Positions 1 to 11,457 of a stretch of 64,000 nt of DNA are shown in pieces. The translations under genes were made by a program, and so were the position numbers. The notes under the pieces were generated by a model. The model was not told the origin of the DNA and did not search any database. It saw only the letters and a list, made by a program, of their open reading frames with translations. The stretch comes from Terricaulis sp. (GTDB lineage Bacteria > Pseudomonadota > Alphaproteobacteria > Caulobacterales > Aquidulcibacteraceae), in NCBI GenBank assembly GCA_024707365.1, contig JANPZV010000002.1:80558-144557 (forward strand), written 5' to 3'. How positions within the stretch are numbered: the stretch's first letter is position 1; each line of letters opens with the position of its first letter.

Positions 1-1
1 G

Positions 2-199
2 TCAGCGAGCTTTTCGCGTGAGCAGAAAATGGCGCTGCTCAAGGCGCTGATGGCGGTGTTCGTGGCTGATGGGCGCTTTGATGAATCCGAGCACGCCGCG
101 CTGATCGATTACACCGCCGCGATCGGGTTTGACCGCACCTCCGCCCCGCAAATGCTGCGCGGCGTGGAAGGCGATATGAGGCGCGGCAATATCATTTAA
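2..199 (+). CDS. Partial (5'-truncated) TerB-like domain protein
   Basis: Frame 2 is open from the window start: ...QKMALLKALMAVFVADGRFDESEHAALIDYTAAIG...GNII* (TAA 197-199). ADG-x4-E is the TerB-type motif. Not in the ORF track. Confidence 0.6.
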   Translation, partial: SASFSREQKMALLKALMAVFVADGRFDESEHAALIDYTAAIGFDRTSAPQMLRGVEGDMRRGNII

Positions 200-254
200 T
201 TCGCCAGCGCGGCGGGCGGGCGGAACTCGCGCCGCGCCCCCGCGTTGTTCCGCC

Positions 255-1142
255 ATGGAACCAGGCCTTTCCCTCGTCGAGCCGCCCGCACGCCAGCGGG
301 TGAATAAGGCGCTTGTGCTGTTCAACGAAAAAGCCGGCAGCGTGCAGCCGGGGGACGGGGAGCGTTTGCTTGAGCAGCTGAAGGCGGCGGGCGTTTCTCA
401 ATACGCGGTTGTGAGCGCCGAGCGCATGACCCGCAAATTGCTGGCGCGCGCCAAAGAGTTTGATGCGATCATCGTTCTTGGCGGAGACGGCACCGCGCGC
501 GCCGCCGCCGCGCTTGCGCCGCGCGATGCGGCGCCGCTTGTGCTTTTGCCGGGCGGCACGCTCAATATTTTGCCCAAGGCGCTCTATGGCGATCTGGCCT
601 GGCCCGAGGCGCTCGCGGCCGTGCTTGAACGCGGCGTCGAAAAGCGCATGCCGGCGGGCGTCGCCAATGGCGAACGGTTCTTCGTCGCCGCCATGTTTGG
701 CGCGCCGACAGTGCTGGCGCGCGCGAGAGAGGCGGCGCGCGAGGGCGATTTGCCCAAAGCGGTCGGCCGGCTAGGTTCTTATTTCAAGCGCGCTTTCACG
801 CGCCGTATTCGCGCGCGCGCTGAACGGCTTGCTTTCCAGAAGGCTGAGGCGGTCGGCGCTCTGCTTCCTTCCTTTAGCGGCGGGCTTGAAGGCGGCGGGC
901 TCGAATGGGTGCACCTGAAAGCTGAGCATTTTGTTGACCTTGCGCGCGTGAGCGTCCGCGCTCTGGGGGAGGGGTGGCGAGATGACAGCGTCGTGGAGAC
1001 ATGGCCCGCCCGCGTCGGCGATGTGGTGTCGATGGGCATGATCCCCGCCACTTTGGACGGCGAACCGCACAATTTTTTCTCGCGCGTGCGGGTGAGCTAT
1101 GATCCCAAGGGCGTGCGCGTGCTGGCGCTGGAGAAGGGCTGA
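255..1142 (+). CDS. Diacylglycerol/lipid kinase family protein
   Basis: N-terminal FNEKAG, GGDGT catalytic motif, LPGGTLN and C-terminal LDGE motifs of the DAGK/YegS family. Confidence 0.85.
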   Translation: MEPGLSLVEPPARQRVNKALVLFNEKAGSVQPGDGERLLEQLKAAGVSQYAVVSAERMTRKLLARAKEFDAIIVLGGDGTARAAAALAPRDAAPLVLLPGGTLNILPKALYGDLAWPEALAAVLERGVEKRMPAGVANGERFFVAAMFGAPTVLARAREAAREGDLPKAVGRLGSYFKRAFTRRIRARAERLAFQKAEAVGALLPSFSGGLEGGGLEWVHLKAEHFVDLARVSVRALGEGWRDDSVVETWPARVGDVVSMGMIPATLDGEPHNFFSRVRVSYDPKGVRVLALEKG

Positions 1143-1146
1143 GCCA

Positions 1147-1968
1147 TTGCTGTTGGCGCATTTCACGGACGTGCATTTCGGCTACGAGGATCGCAACGCC
1201 ATCGACGCTGCAACGCGCTACGTCGAGGACAACAAGCCCGACGCCGTGATCGTCACCGGCGATATTTCGCAGGACGGCCGCGCCGATGAATTGGACGCAG
1301 CGGGCGAATGGATGCGCGCGCTGGCTGCGCCGGTTATTGTCACGCCCGGCAATCATGATGTCCCGTATTACGAGCCGCTTGGCCGCTTGCTCTATCCTTG
1401 GACGCGCTTTCATCGCGCCGCACACGGCCTTCGCACTGAAGCCTGGCACACGCCGGAATGGAGCATCGTGCCGGTGAACACCGCGCGCGCATGGCAGCTG
1501 CGCGCCAATTGGGCGCAAGGGGCGATCTCGCGCGGACAAACAGCGGAGGCCGGCGCCGAGTTGCAAAAAGCCGCGCCGGGCGCGCTGCGCATCGTCATCA
1601 CCCACCATCCGCTCGATTGGCCCAACGATGCGCCGATCAAAGGCCAAACCATCGGCGGCGTGCGCGGGCTTGAGGCGCTTACCAATGCAGGCGCGGAATT
1701 GTTTCTCAGCGGGCACCTGCATTTCGCCGCTGCGCGCCTCTACGGCACGCGGGCGCTCTGCATCTCCTCCGGCACGCTCTCCCAGCGCTTGAGGCACGAA
1801 CCGCCGGCGTTTACCGCCATCCGGCGGCCCGAACCTGATGTTGTCGAAGCTGAGGTTCTGCACGTGGTGCAGGGCAGGGCCCAAAGCGCCAGCCGGCGGG
1901 CGTTCCGCTTGGCGGGGCGCGGCGGGGCCGACGCGCCAGCCCAGATCCGTGCTGGCGCCCCCGGATAA
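1147..1968 (+). CDS. Calcineurin-like metallophosphoesterase (CpdA/Icc-like)
   Basis: DVHFG, TGD, GNHD, HHP and GHLH metal-binding motifs. Likely TTG start at 1147, just after the kinase stop. Confidence 0.85.
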   Translation: MLLAHFTDVHFGYEDRNAIDAATRYVEDNKPDAVIVTGDISQDGRADELDAAGEWMRALAAPVIVTPGNHDVPYYEPLGRLLYPWTRFHRAAHGLRTEAWHTPEWSIVPVNTARAWQLRANWAQGAISRGQTAEAGAELQKAAPGALRIVITHHPLDWPNDAPIKGQTIGGVRGLEALTNAGAELFLSGHLHFAAARLYGTRALCISSGTLSQRLRHEPPAFTAIRRPEPDVVEAEVLHVVQGRAQSASRRAFRLAGRGGADAPAQIRAGAPG

Positions 1969-2086
1969 AAGGCCGGAAGCCCAAGTTCCTTGTGGCTAGG
2001 GCGCCCCCAGGCCCTTGCCCCTTGGCCCGGTATCGGGTATCCGCCCCCCACTTTCCCGCGTTGCGGGATCCAGGAGTTTTCCGGCC

Positions 2087-2269
2087 ATGGCCGTTCCGAA
2101 GCGAAAAACCACCCCCTCCAAGCGGGGCATGCGCCGCGCGCACGATAAACTCGGCAAGAACGCCTATGTCGAGGACAAGGAAAGCGGCGAGCTGCGCCGC
2201 CCCCACCATGTGGACCTGAAAAGCGGCCGGTATCGCGGCCGCCAGGTGCTTAAGGCGCAAGAAGACTAA
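2087..2269 (+). CDS. rpmF: 50S ribosomal protein L32
   Basis: [20 protein letters not shown]...[10 protein letters not shown]...YRGRQV, with AGGAG RBS upstream. Confidence 0.97.
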   Translation: MAVPKRKTTPSKRGMRRAHDKLGKNAYVEDKESGELRRPHHVDLKSGRYRGRQVLKAQED

Positions 2270-2397
2270 GCCAATCGGCTTTGAGGCGTGCATCAGCCTG
2301 CGGCGTTCGCGCGCCGTGGGCTTTGTGCTGCTTGCAGACCAGCCGTGACGTTTCGCGCGGGGAAGCCGCTTGCGCGAAGCATGCGCCCGCGCTGTAA

Positions 2398-3789
<1,392 letters not shown>

Positions 3790-3801
3790 ATGCAAATGTT
3801 T

Positions 3802-3878
3802 CTAAAGCAACTTTGGCCTTTAAATTCGCTCAGAGCCCGCCATCGAACTGAGGCGAATTTAAAGTCCGTTGCTTTAAG
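3802..3878. repeat. Palindromic intergenic element, type B (CTAAAGCAAC...GTTGCTTTAA)
   Basis: Arms CTTTAAATTCGC / GCGAATTTAAAG. Near-identical inverted copy at 25962-26039. Confidence 0.8.
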
Positions 3879-3896
3879 TCCAGCCAATCGGCCAAG

Positions 3897-3929
3897 AAAA
3901 AGGGAGAGCGCCGCCAAGCGCTCTCCCTT
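3897..3929 (-). terminator. Rho-independent terminator for the minus-strand gene 3952-4422
   Basis: Stem AAGGGAGAGCG / CGCTCTCCCTT with an A-run on the left (U-tract on the minus strand). Confidence 0.7.
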
Positions 3930-3951
3930 CGCTTTATCTTGCTGCGGCTAA

Positions 3952-4422
3952 TTAGCGGCGAAATACAGCCAAGCCGTATACGCAGGGCTGCACCGTGCAG
4001 TTCACCATGATCGTGTCCACCGAGAGCGGACGCGCATTGGCGTTCACTTGAACCATCGGCAGTTTATCGTCGAGCACATCCTCGCCGATCAGGCCGCCGC
4101 CGTTGCGCACGCGCATGTCAAGATTAGTGCAATCACCGTCGCAGACAGCGATGAAGACGATGTCGCCATTGTCTTGGGCGGTGTAGTTGAACGTCTCGGT
4201 AGCGCCCGAATTGATGGCGTTCAGCGCGATCACCTCAAAATTCGGATAGCCCTGTTGCTGCATCATCGGCACGATTTGGCGAAATTGATCGATCACGATC
4301 TGAACGTGCGGCGAAACCTCTTCCTGCTGCTGCTGCGCGCCGGCGGTCGCGCCGAACATAAGTGTTGCCGCCGCCACACTCGCCGCCAACAGGCCGCGCA
4401 CCGCGTTCTTCGCGTTCTTCAT
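3952..4422 (-). CDS. Secreted hypothetical protein (PPC-like beta domain, 4 Cys)
   Basis: Signal peptide ending AGA-Q; CDGDC-x-NLD and CTVQPC motifs; typical codon use. Confidence 0.7.
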   Translation of the reverse strand: MKNAKNAVRGLLAASVAAATLMFGATAGAQQQQEEVSPHVQIVIDQFRQIVPMMQQQGYPNFEVIALNAINSGATETFNYTAQDNGDIVFIAVCDGDCTNLDMRVRNGGGLIGEDVLDDKLPMVQVNANARPLSVDTIMVNCTVQPCVYGLAVFRR

Positions 4423-4699
4423 GGGTAAGTCGTCCTTTGCTCACGCCCTCATGGCCGCGTTCACCCATGGAATCGCAGATTACAGCGGCTTCACGATCTA
4501 TCGCGCGCCGTGGTTCGGCTGCGCAAGTGAAATCCCGGTACGCCACGCCCCCTGAACAGGGGAGGGCTAAAACATCGTCGGCCTGTGTTTAGGGTGAATT
4601 TTTTTCCTAGTGGCGCGCCCCAAGCTCTTGTGGGGAGACTCTGTTTGTTCACGGCTAGCGCTAGTATTTAACTCATAACCTATTGAAATTAGAAGATAA

Positions 4700-4768
4700 G
4701 AACAAAAATAGAATATTTTGGAATCTATACGATTCCTTTACCAATACGATTCACCGTCCCTCCGAATC
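4700..4768. promoter_or_regulatory. AT-rich ftsB upstream region with a LexA-like box (GAAC-N7-GAAT) and four GANTC sites
   Basis: GAACAAAAATAGAAT at 4700-4714; GANTC at 4721, 4731, 4748 and 4764. Confidence 0.5.
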
Positions 4769-4771
4769 GGG

Positions 4772-5077
4772 ATGGGGACGATGGGCAAGCACGGCGCAAC
4801 AGCTCTGAATATCGTACTGGGCGGCGCCATCGTTTACTTGGCGGCGCACGCCGTTACAGGCCGGCAGGGCCTTGTCGCCTACGTGGATCTGCAAGCTCAG
4901 GAGCGCGTGCTGGAAGAGCGCGTCGCGGCGCTTGACGTGGAGCAATCACGCCTTGAGGCGCGCGCCGCGCGGCTCCGGCCCGAGAGCCTCGACAAAGACT
5001 ATCTCGACGAGCGCGCCCGTATCACCTTGGCGGCGGGCAGCCCGGAAGAGATGGTCTTCGCGCTCGATCAGCACTGA
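4772..5077 (+). CDS. ftsB: Septum formation initiator FtsB/DivIC
   Basis: One TM helix, G-x-x-G, a coiled coil and LDKDYLDERAR. Conserved position between eno and pdhA. Start could be 4772 or 4781. Confidence 0.85.
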   Translation: MGTMGKHGATALNIVLGGAIVYLAAHAVTGRQGLVAYVDLQAQERVLEERVAALDVEQSRLEARAARLRPESLDKDYLDERARITLAAGSPEEMVFALDQH

Positions 5078-5208
5078 GGCGCTTGCTGCACTGCAGCAAC
5101 GCAAGGCTTGTTGGCGAGCTCCGTAAAATTCGCATAAGAGAACCCCGCCGCGAACGGTGGACAGTGCGCACGGGCGCGCCTTTACCTCGCGGCGGAGGAT
5201 ACTCAGAT

Positions 5209-6219
5209 ATGGCGAACGCCGCGACCAAACGCGCGAATGGCTCCCATGCCGCCGAGGCGAGCAAGGACGAGCTGCTTCAATATTATCAGGACATGCTGCT
5301 GATCCGCCGCTTTGAAGAGCGGGCAGGCCAGCTTTACGGCATGGGGCTGATTGGCGGGTTTTGCCATCTCTATATCGGCCAGGAGGCCGTGGTGGTGGGC
5401 ATGCAGGCCGCGCTCAAGGATGGCGATCAGGTGATCACCGCCTATCGCGACCACGGCCACATGCTGGCCGCCGGCATGACCGCCAACGGCGTGATGGCTG
5501 AGCTGACCGGCCGCAGCGGCGGCTATTCCAAGGGCAAGGGCGGCTCGATGCACATGTTCAGCATCGAGAAGGCGTTCTACGGCGGGCACGGCATCGTCGG
5601 CGCGCAAGTCTCGCTCGGCACCGGCATCGCCTTCGCCAATAAGTATCGCGGCGATGGCAAAGTCTGCCTCACCTATTTCGGCGATGGCGCGGCCAACCAG
5701 GGCCAGGTCTATGAGAGCTTCAACATGGCCTCGCTGTGGAAGCTGCCGGTGATCTTCATCATCGAAAACAACCAATACGCCATGGGCACGAGCGTGCAGC
5801 GCTCCTCCGCCGAAACGCACCTGCACAAACGCGGCGCGGCCTTCGCCATCGAAGGCGAGGAAGTGGACGGCATGGACGTGGTGGCCGTGCGCGAAGCGGG
5901 CAAGCGCGCCGTCGAGCGTGCGCGCGCAGGCGAGGGGCCATACCTGCTGGAAATGAAAACCTACCGCTATCGCGGCCACTCGATGTCCGATCCTGCGAAA
6001 TATCGCACCAAGGAAGAGGTGGACGCGGTCAAAGCCAAGCAGGATCGATCGAGCATGTGAAAAAGCTCATCCTCGACGCGGGCCATGCCAGCGAGGAAGA
6101 GCTCAAGCAGATCGACCGCGAAATCCGCACGGTGGTGACGGAAAGCGCCGAATTCGCGCAAAGAAAGCCCCGAGCCCGATCCTAGCGAATTGCTGACGGA
6201 CGTTTACATCGAAGCATAA
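5209..6219 (+). CDS. pdhA: Pyruvate dehydrogenase E1 alpha (apparent frameshifts ~6046 and ~6161)
   Basis: GFCHLYIGQEA, GDGAANQGQ and YRYRGHSMSDP motifs. The C-terminus continues in other frames to ...LLTDVYIEA*. Confidence 0.95.
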
Positions 6220-6242
6220 CAAGAGCGGGGGAGGATAAGAAC

Positions 6243-6641
6243 ATGAGCGTCGAACTGACGTATCTGGCTTATACGATCGCGCTCTTGTTCGTGGTCGTGA
6301 TGGTGCAGGCCTATTCTGGGCTGGCCAATAATGGCGCGGTCGCGATGATGAACAATCGCGACAATCTCAAGCCGCCCACGCTGTTTCAGGCGCGGATGAA
6401 GCGGCTCACCGATAATTTCCGCGAAAACCTCTGGTTCTTCGCCCCGCTTGTGCTGATCGCGGCGGTGGCCGATATTTCCAATCAATGGACTGTGCTAGGC
6501 GCGCAGCTCTTCTTCTTTTCACGCATCGCGCACGCCATCTGGTACGGCTTCGGCTGGCCGGCCTTGCGCGGATTGTTCTGGTTCGCCGGCATTATCGCCT
6601 GCGCGCTGATCTTTTTGGCTCTGTTCGGGATCATCGCCTGA
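6243..6641 (+). CDS. MAPEG family membrane protein
   Basis: R-x-x-R-x3-N-x2-E-like segment ([12 protein letters not shown]) and FFFSRIAHA; four hydrophobic helices; GGAGG RBS. Confidence 0.8.
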   Translation: MSVELTYLAYTIALLFVVVMVQAYSGLANNGAVAMMNNRDNLKPPTLFQARMKRLTDNFRENLWFFAPLVLIAAVADISNQWTVLGAQLFFFSRIAHAIWYGFGWPALRGLFWFAGIIACALIFLALFGIIA

Positions 6642-7990
6642 TGACGCAAATTCTCATGCCCGCGCTCTCGCCCACGATGGAAGAGGGCAATCTGGCCAAA
6701 TGGCTGGTCAAGGTCGGTGATACGATCGAGCCCGGCCAAGTGATCGCCGAGATCGAAACCGATAAGGCGACCATGGAGGTCGAAGCCGTCGATGAAGGCG
6801 TGATCAGCCAATTGTTGGTCGAAGAGGGCGCGCAAGGGGTGAAGGTCAACACGCCCATCGCCGTGCTCGATGGCGGAGAATCCGAAGCGCCTCCGCCAAA
6901 GCAGGAATCCAAGGCGCCGCCCAAGCAGGAAGCGCCCGCCAAAAGCGAAGCGCCCAAGCCGGCGGCCGCCAAGCCCGCCGCCGATCCCGAAATTCCAGCC
7001 GGCGCCAAGATGATCAAGATCACGGTGCGCGATGCGTTGCGCGACGCCATGGCCGAGGAAATGCGCCGCGATGATCGCGTATTCCTCATGGGCGAGGAAG
7101 TGGCCGAATATCAGGGCGCGTACAAAGTCAGCCGCGAGCTCTTGCAGGAGTTCGGCGCGCGCCGCGTGATCGACACGCCGATCACCGAACACGGCTTCAC
7201 CGGCGTTGGCGTCGGCGCGGCGATGGCCGGGCTCAAGCCGATCGTGGAATTCATGACCTGGAATTTCGCGATGCAGGCGATTGACCAGATCATCAATTCC
7301 GCCGCCAAGACGCTCTATATGTCCGGCGGGCAGATCAAATCCTCTGTGGTTTTCCGCGGGCCGAACGGCGCGGCCGCGCGCGTGGCGGCCCAGCACAGCC
7401 AGGATTATTCGTCCTGGTACAGCCACGTTCCCGGCCTCATCGTCATCGCGCCGTACGATGCGGCCGACGCCAAGGGCCTGCTCAAAGCCGCGATCCGCAA
7501 TCCGAACCCGGTCGTCTTTCTTGAGCACGAAATGCTCTACGGGACGGAATTTGAGATTCCGGACGTTGAAGATTGGATCGTGCCTATCGGCAAAGCCAAG
7601 ATCCGCCGCCAAGGCGCGGACGTCACCATCACCGCGCATTCGCGCATGGTGGGGCTCGCGCTGAAAGCCGCCGAAGAACTCGCCGGTGAGGGGATCGATG
7701 CGGAGGTGATCGATCTGCGCACCATCCGCCCGCTCGACACCGAAACCATCATCGAGAGCGTGAAGAAAACCAACCGCATCGTCACGGTGGAAGAGGGCTG
7801 GGGCCAATCGGGCGTCGGCGCCGAAATCGCCGCGCGCGTGGTGAGCGAAGCCTTCGATTATCTCGATGCGCCGCCCACGCGCGTGCATCAGGTGGACGCC
7901 CCGCTCGCTTACGCCGCCAATCTCGAAGCGTTGGCGCTGCCCAACGTGGATAAGATCGTCGATGCGGCCAAGGCCGTCACCTATCGCTAA
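6641..7990 (+). CDS. pdhB: Pyruvate dehydrogenase E1 beta with N-terminal lipoyl domain
   Basis: [11 protein letters not shown]...ETDKATME lipoyl domain; [21 protein letters not shown] and AAQHSQ motifs. Confidence 0.97.
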   Translation: MTQILMPALSPTMEEGNLAKWLVKVGDTIEPGQVIAEIETDKATMEVEAVDEGVISQLLVEEGAQGVKVNTPIAVLDGGESEAPPPKQESKAPPKQEAPAKSEAPKPAAAKPAADPEIPAGAKMIKITVRDALRDAMAEEMRRDDRVFLMGEEVAEYQGAYKVSRELLQEFGARRVIDTPITEHGFTGVGVGAAMAGLKPIVEFMTWNFAMQAIDQIINSAAKTLYMSGGQIKSSVVFRGPNGAAARVAAQHSQDYSSWYSHVPGLIVIAPYDAADAKGLLKAAIRNPNPVVFLEHEMLYGTEFEIPDVEDWIVPIGKAKIRRQGADVTITAHSRMVGLALKAAEELAGEGIDAEVIDLRTIRPLDTETIIESVKKTNRIVTVEEGWGQSGVGAEIAARVVSEAFDYLDAPPTRVHQVDAPLAYAANLEALALPNVDKIVDAAKAVTYR

Positions 7991-8005
7991 GCGGGAGCGC
8001 GCGTC

Positions 8006-8446
8006 ATGGAGGAAGGCGAGGTTATCGAGCAGCTGATCGAGTACACCAATGTGCTGCTGATCGGGGTGTCGCTGATCTTTACCGTCGTTTCCGCCTATAT
8101 CGTCGCGCTCAATTATTTCGTAGGCGAGGCGATGTTTTTGGCGCGCTTTGGCGCGTTCGCTTTTATCGGGCTGATTTTGGCGCTGCTGGTCGTGGTGATG
8201 CGCGGCGCCGAGCAGATGCATGCCGGCCTCATCGCGCGCCTGCATGAGATCGACGCCGAAGGCAATTTAACCGCAGCCGGCCGCGCCGCGATCGAGAACA
8301 CGAGCGACGGCACCGATGGGATCGTGCGCATGCTGCTCTGGGTCGGCCTTGTTTCCGTCTATGGCGTGCTCGCCTACATGACATTCCTGCACCGCTGGAA
8401 GCCCGACGTTGTGAACGTCGCGCTGCAATCGAGGAAAGCTTCCTGA
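8006..8446 (+). CDS. Hypothetical 3-TM membrane protein
   Basis: GGGAG RBS, three hydrophobic segments, stop overlaps the pdhC start (TGATG). Confidence 0.75.
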   Translation: MEEGEVIEQLIEYTNVLLIGVSLIFTVVSAYIVALNYFVGEAMFLARFGAFAFIGLILALLVVVMRGAEQMHAGLIARLHEIDAEGNLTAAGRAAIENTSDGTDGIVRMLLWVGLVSVYGVLAYMTFLHRWKPDVVNVALQSRKAS

Positions 8447-9732
8447 TGCCTATTGAGATCACCATGCCCGCGCTGTCGCCGACCATGGAGGAAGGCAACC
8501 TCACCAAATGGCACGTGAAGGCCGGCGATACGATCGAACCGGGCCAAGTCATCGCCGAGATTGAAACCGATAAGGCGACGATGGAGGTCGAAGCTGTCGA
8601 TGAGGGCGTGATCGAGGAAATTCTCGTGGCCGAAGGCGCCGAGGGCGTGAAGGTCAACACCCCGATCGCGCGGCTGAAAGGCGAAGGGCAAGCGGCCAAG
8701 CCCGCGCCGAAAAAAGAAGCGCCGAAAGCGGAAACGGTGAAAGCCGAAGCGCCCAAGGCCGCGCAAGCAGCAGCGCAACCCATGGCCAGCAAAGGCGACC
8801 GCACCTTCGCCTCGCCGCTGGCGCGCCGGCTGGCCGAGCAGGGCGGGATTGATCTTTCAGGGCTTAAGGGCTCTGGCCCCAATGGCCGCATCGTCAAAGC
8901 CGATGTCGAAGCCGCCGCTAAGGCGCCGCGCGCGGCCGATAAGGCCGTGCCACAGCAATCGCGCGAGGTGGCGCGCCCCAGCGCGCCAGCCGCACAAGCG
9001 CCGGCGCCGTTCAAATCTCTGGAAAGCCAAGGCATCCGCCAAGGCAGCTACGATCTTGTTCCGCTCGACATGATGCGCAAAACCATCGCCAAGCGGATGA
9101 CAGACAGTTTCCGCGACGTGCCGCATTTCCCGCTGAACATCGACATCGAAATCGATGGCCTCCTGAAAGCGCGCGGCGACATCAACAAGCGCTTCGCCGA
9201 TCAGGGCGTGAAAATCTCCGTCAACGATATGTGCATCAAGGCCGCGGCCCTCGCGCTCAAGATCGTGCCGGAAGCCAACGCCAGCTACACGCCTGATGGC
9301 ATCGCGCTGCATCACCATGCGGATGTGGCCGTGGCCGTCGCCATTCCGGGCGGGCTCATCACACCGATCATCTTCGCGGCCGAAACCAAGGGCCTTGCCC
9401 AGATCAGCCACGAAATGGCCGATCTGGCCGAGCGCGCCCGCACCAAGCGGCTGCGCCCCGAGGAATTCCAAGGCGGCACGTTCTCGATCTCCAACATGGG
9501 CATGATGGGGATCAAGAGCTTCGCCTCCATCATCAACGAGCCGCACGGCATGATCATGTCGATCGGCGCTGGCGAAAAGCGCCCGGTGGTGAAGAACGAC
9601 GCGCTCGCCATCGCCACGATGATGAGCGTAACCGTGACGTGCGATCACCGCGTGGTGGATGGCGCGCTAGGCGCTGCGTTCCTGAAAGCGTTCAAGGGCT
9701 TCTTAGAAGATCCGATGGCGATGCTGCTTTAG
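8446..9732 (+). CDS. pdhC: Pyruvate dehydrogenase E2 dihydrolipoamide acetyltransferase
   Basis: Lipoyl domain, E3-binding ASPLARRLA...[13 protein letters not shown], catalytic DHRVVDG. Confidence 0.97.
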   Translation: MPIEITMPALSPTMEEGNLTKWHVKAGDTIEPGQVIAEIETDKATMEVEAVDEGVIEEILVAEGAEGVKVNTPIARLKGEGQAAKPAPKKEAPKAETVKAEAPKAAQAAAQPMASKGDRTFASPLARRLAEQGGIDLSGLKGSGPNGRIVKADVEAAAKAPRAADKAVPQQSREVARPSAPAAQAPAPFKSLESQGIRQGSYDLVPLDMMRKTIAKRMTDSFRDVPHFPLNIDIEIDGLLKARGDINKRFADQGVKISVNDMCIKAAALALKIVPEANASYTPDGIALHHHADVAVAVAIPGGLITPIIFAAETKGLAQISHEMADLAERARTKRLRPEEFQGGTFSISNMGMMGIKSFASIINEPHGMIMSIGAGEKRPVVKNDALAIATMMSVTVTCDHRVVDGALGAAFLKAFKGFLEDPMAMLL

Positions 9733-9742
9733 GGGTTTGCGG

Positions 9743-9985
9743 ATGCGCGAGGTTGACCCCTTCGGGACTGAGCGCGCCGCCAATCTCTGGCTCACATTCT
9801 GGATCAGCGCGCTTTTATCGGCGCTCGGCCTTTATCTCGTTTTGAACTTTGCTCTATCGAGCGGGATCGCGCTCATGATCGCGATCCCGGCTGGCGCCGT
9901 CATTGGCGGCATGTTCGCCCGCATCAGCGCGGTGCGCCGCTGGATCGCGCATGCCATCCAACTCCTTGCATTTCCTTGGTGGTGA
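9743..9985 (+). CDS. Small 2-TM hypothetical membrane protein
   Basis: Short ORF directly after pdhC with two hydrophobic stretches. Confidence 0.55.
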   Translation: MREVDPFGTERAANLWLTFWISALLSALGLYLVLNFALSSGIALMIAIPAGAVIGGMFARISAVRRWIAHAIQLLAFPWW

Positions 9986-10078
9986 ATAGCCCGCCGCGTT
10001 ACCGCCGTCACATCCGCCCGATCACATCGTCGCTACCTTCTCTTCATCGGATCGAGGTGATCCGAAGGAGAAACCGAG

Positions 10079-10171
10079 ATGACCAAGCTTTACGCCCTGA
10101 TCGCCGCGATCGCCGTTTTCACGCCCGTCGCTTACGCCGCACTGAACCAGACGGCGCAATTTTGGGCTTAA
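10079..10171 (+). CDS. 30-aa hydrophobic small protein MTKLYALIAAIAVFTPVAYAALNQTAQFWA
   Basis: Strong AAGGAG RBS, GC-rich third positions and a downstream terminator. Below the ORF-track cutoff. Confidence 0.7.
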   Translation: MTKLYALIAAIAVFTPVAYAALNQTAQFWA

Positions 10172-10243
10172 AGCCCAGCGCAGAAACCGCCAGCCATCAA
10201 GGCGCAAACAGAACAGGCTTAAGAATGCAGAACGCCCAAGGCT

Positions 10244-10273
10244 AAGGGCGCCGGCGCACCCGGCGCCCTTTTT
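10244..10273 (+). terminator. Rho-independent terminator
   Basis: AAGGGCGCCGG-cgcac-CCGGCGCCCTT followed by TTT. Confidence 0.8.
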
Positions 10274-10285
10274 ACTGCGGATAAT

Positions 10286-10300
10286 GTTCTTGTATTGTTC
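10286..10300. promoter_or_regulatory. Alphaproteobacterial LexA (SOS) box
   Basis: GTTC-TTGTATT-GTTC is an exact GTTC-N7-GTTC with AT-rich spacer, 26 bp upstream of the radical SAM gene. Confidence 0.85.
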
Positions 10301-10326
10301 TATTTGTAGGATTATGGTCCTAGGCC

Positions 10327-11396
10327 ATGGGCAAGGATCATCTGCACGGGCGCGGCGCGCGCAGCAACGCTGCTGGCCGCTATGAGCGCTTCGCGGTCGA
10401 AGCTTTCGACGATGGCTGGGCCGGGGAGGAGATCGCGCGGCTGGACACCATCGTCACGCCGGAACTGGCCAAGAGCATCATCTCCACCAATCAAAGCCCC
10501 GACATTTCCTTCGATCAATCGATCAATCCGTATCGCGGCTGTGAGCACGGCTGCATCTATTGCTATGCGCGGCCTAACCACGCCTATGTCGGCCTATCGC
10601 CTGGCCTCGATTTTGAGACCAAGCTGTTTGTGAAGGCCAACGCCGCCGCTTTGTTGGAGGCGGCGCTTTCCAAGCCAAACTATCAGCCGCGCACCATCAT
10701 GCTGGGCGGGGTGACGGATATTTATCAGCCGATCGAAGCGCGGCTATGGAATCACGCGCGCGATCCTTGAGGTGCTGGCGCGCTGGCTTCACCCCACCGC
10801 GCTCATCACCAAATCCCAGCTTGTGCTGCGTGATCTCGATATTCTTGCGCCCATGGCCGCGCGCGGGCTAGCGAAAGCCGCGATCTCCATCACCACGCTG
10901 GAGCGGCGCATTGCGCGGGTGATGGAGCCGCGCGCGCGCCGCGCCGCATCGCCGGCTTGAAGCGGTGCGCGCGCTGGCGGATGCGGGCGTGCCCGTCACC
11001 GTGATGCTCGCCCCCATCATTCCGGGCATCAATGACAACGAGATCGAGGCGATCCTTGAAGCGGCCGCGCAGGCCGGCGCCAGCGCGGCCGGCTACGTGA
11101 TTTTACGGCTCCCGCTTGAGATCAAGGATCTGTTCCGCGAATGGCTGGCCGCGCATTTTCCCGATCGCCGCGCGGGTGATGGCGCTGGCGCGCCAAATGC
11201 GCGGCGGGCGCGATTACGATCCCGAATGGGGCAAGCGCCAGAGGGGGAGGGGCCGTACGCGCAGATGATCGCCGATCGCTTCGCCCGCGCTTGCCGCCGG
11301 GTGGGCCTCGATAAACCGCGCCTGCCGCTCGACCATACCCAGTTCCGCCGCGCCATCGGCCCAGGCGGGCAGCCAGATTTGTTCTCCGCCGAGTGA
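10327..11396 (+). CDS. PA0069/SplB-like radical SAM DNA-repair protein (several apparent frameshifts)
   Basis: SINPYRGCEHGCIYCYARP (CxxxCxxC). Continues through ORFs 10772-10960 and 10965-11396 to GGQPDLF. Confidence 0.85.
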
Positions 11397-11457
11397 TCGC
11401 TTCCGCTTTGCGGCGCGGGGCTCTACAACGGCGGCGCGGGACGGAGGAGACACGCCC

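Noticed and set aside
6656-8670. Near-duplicate DNA at the starts of pdhB and pdhC
   Set aside because: Both encode lipoyl domains, which is normal for alphaproteobacterial PDH and not a mobile repeat.
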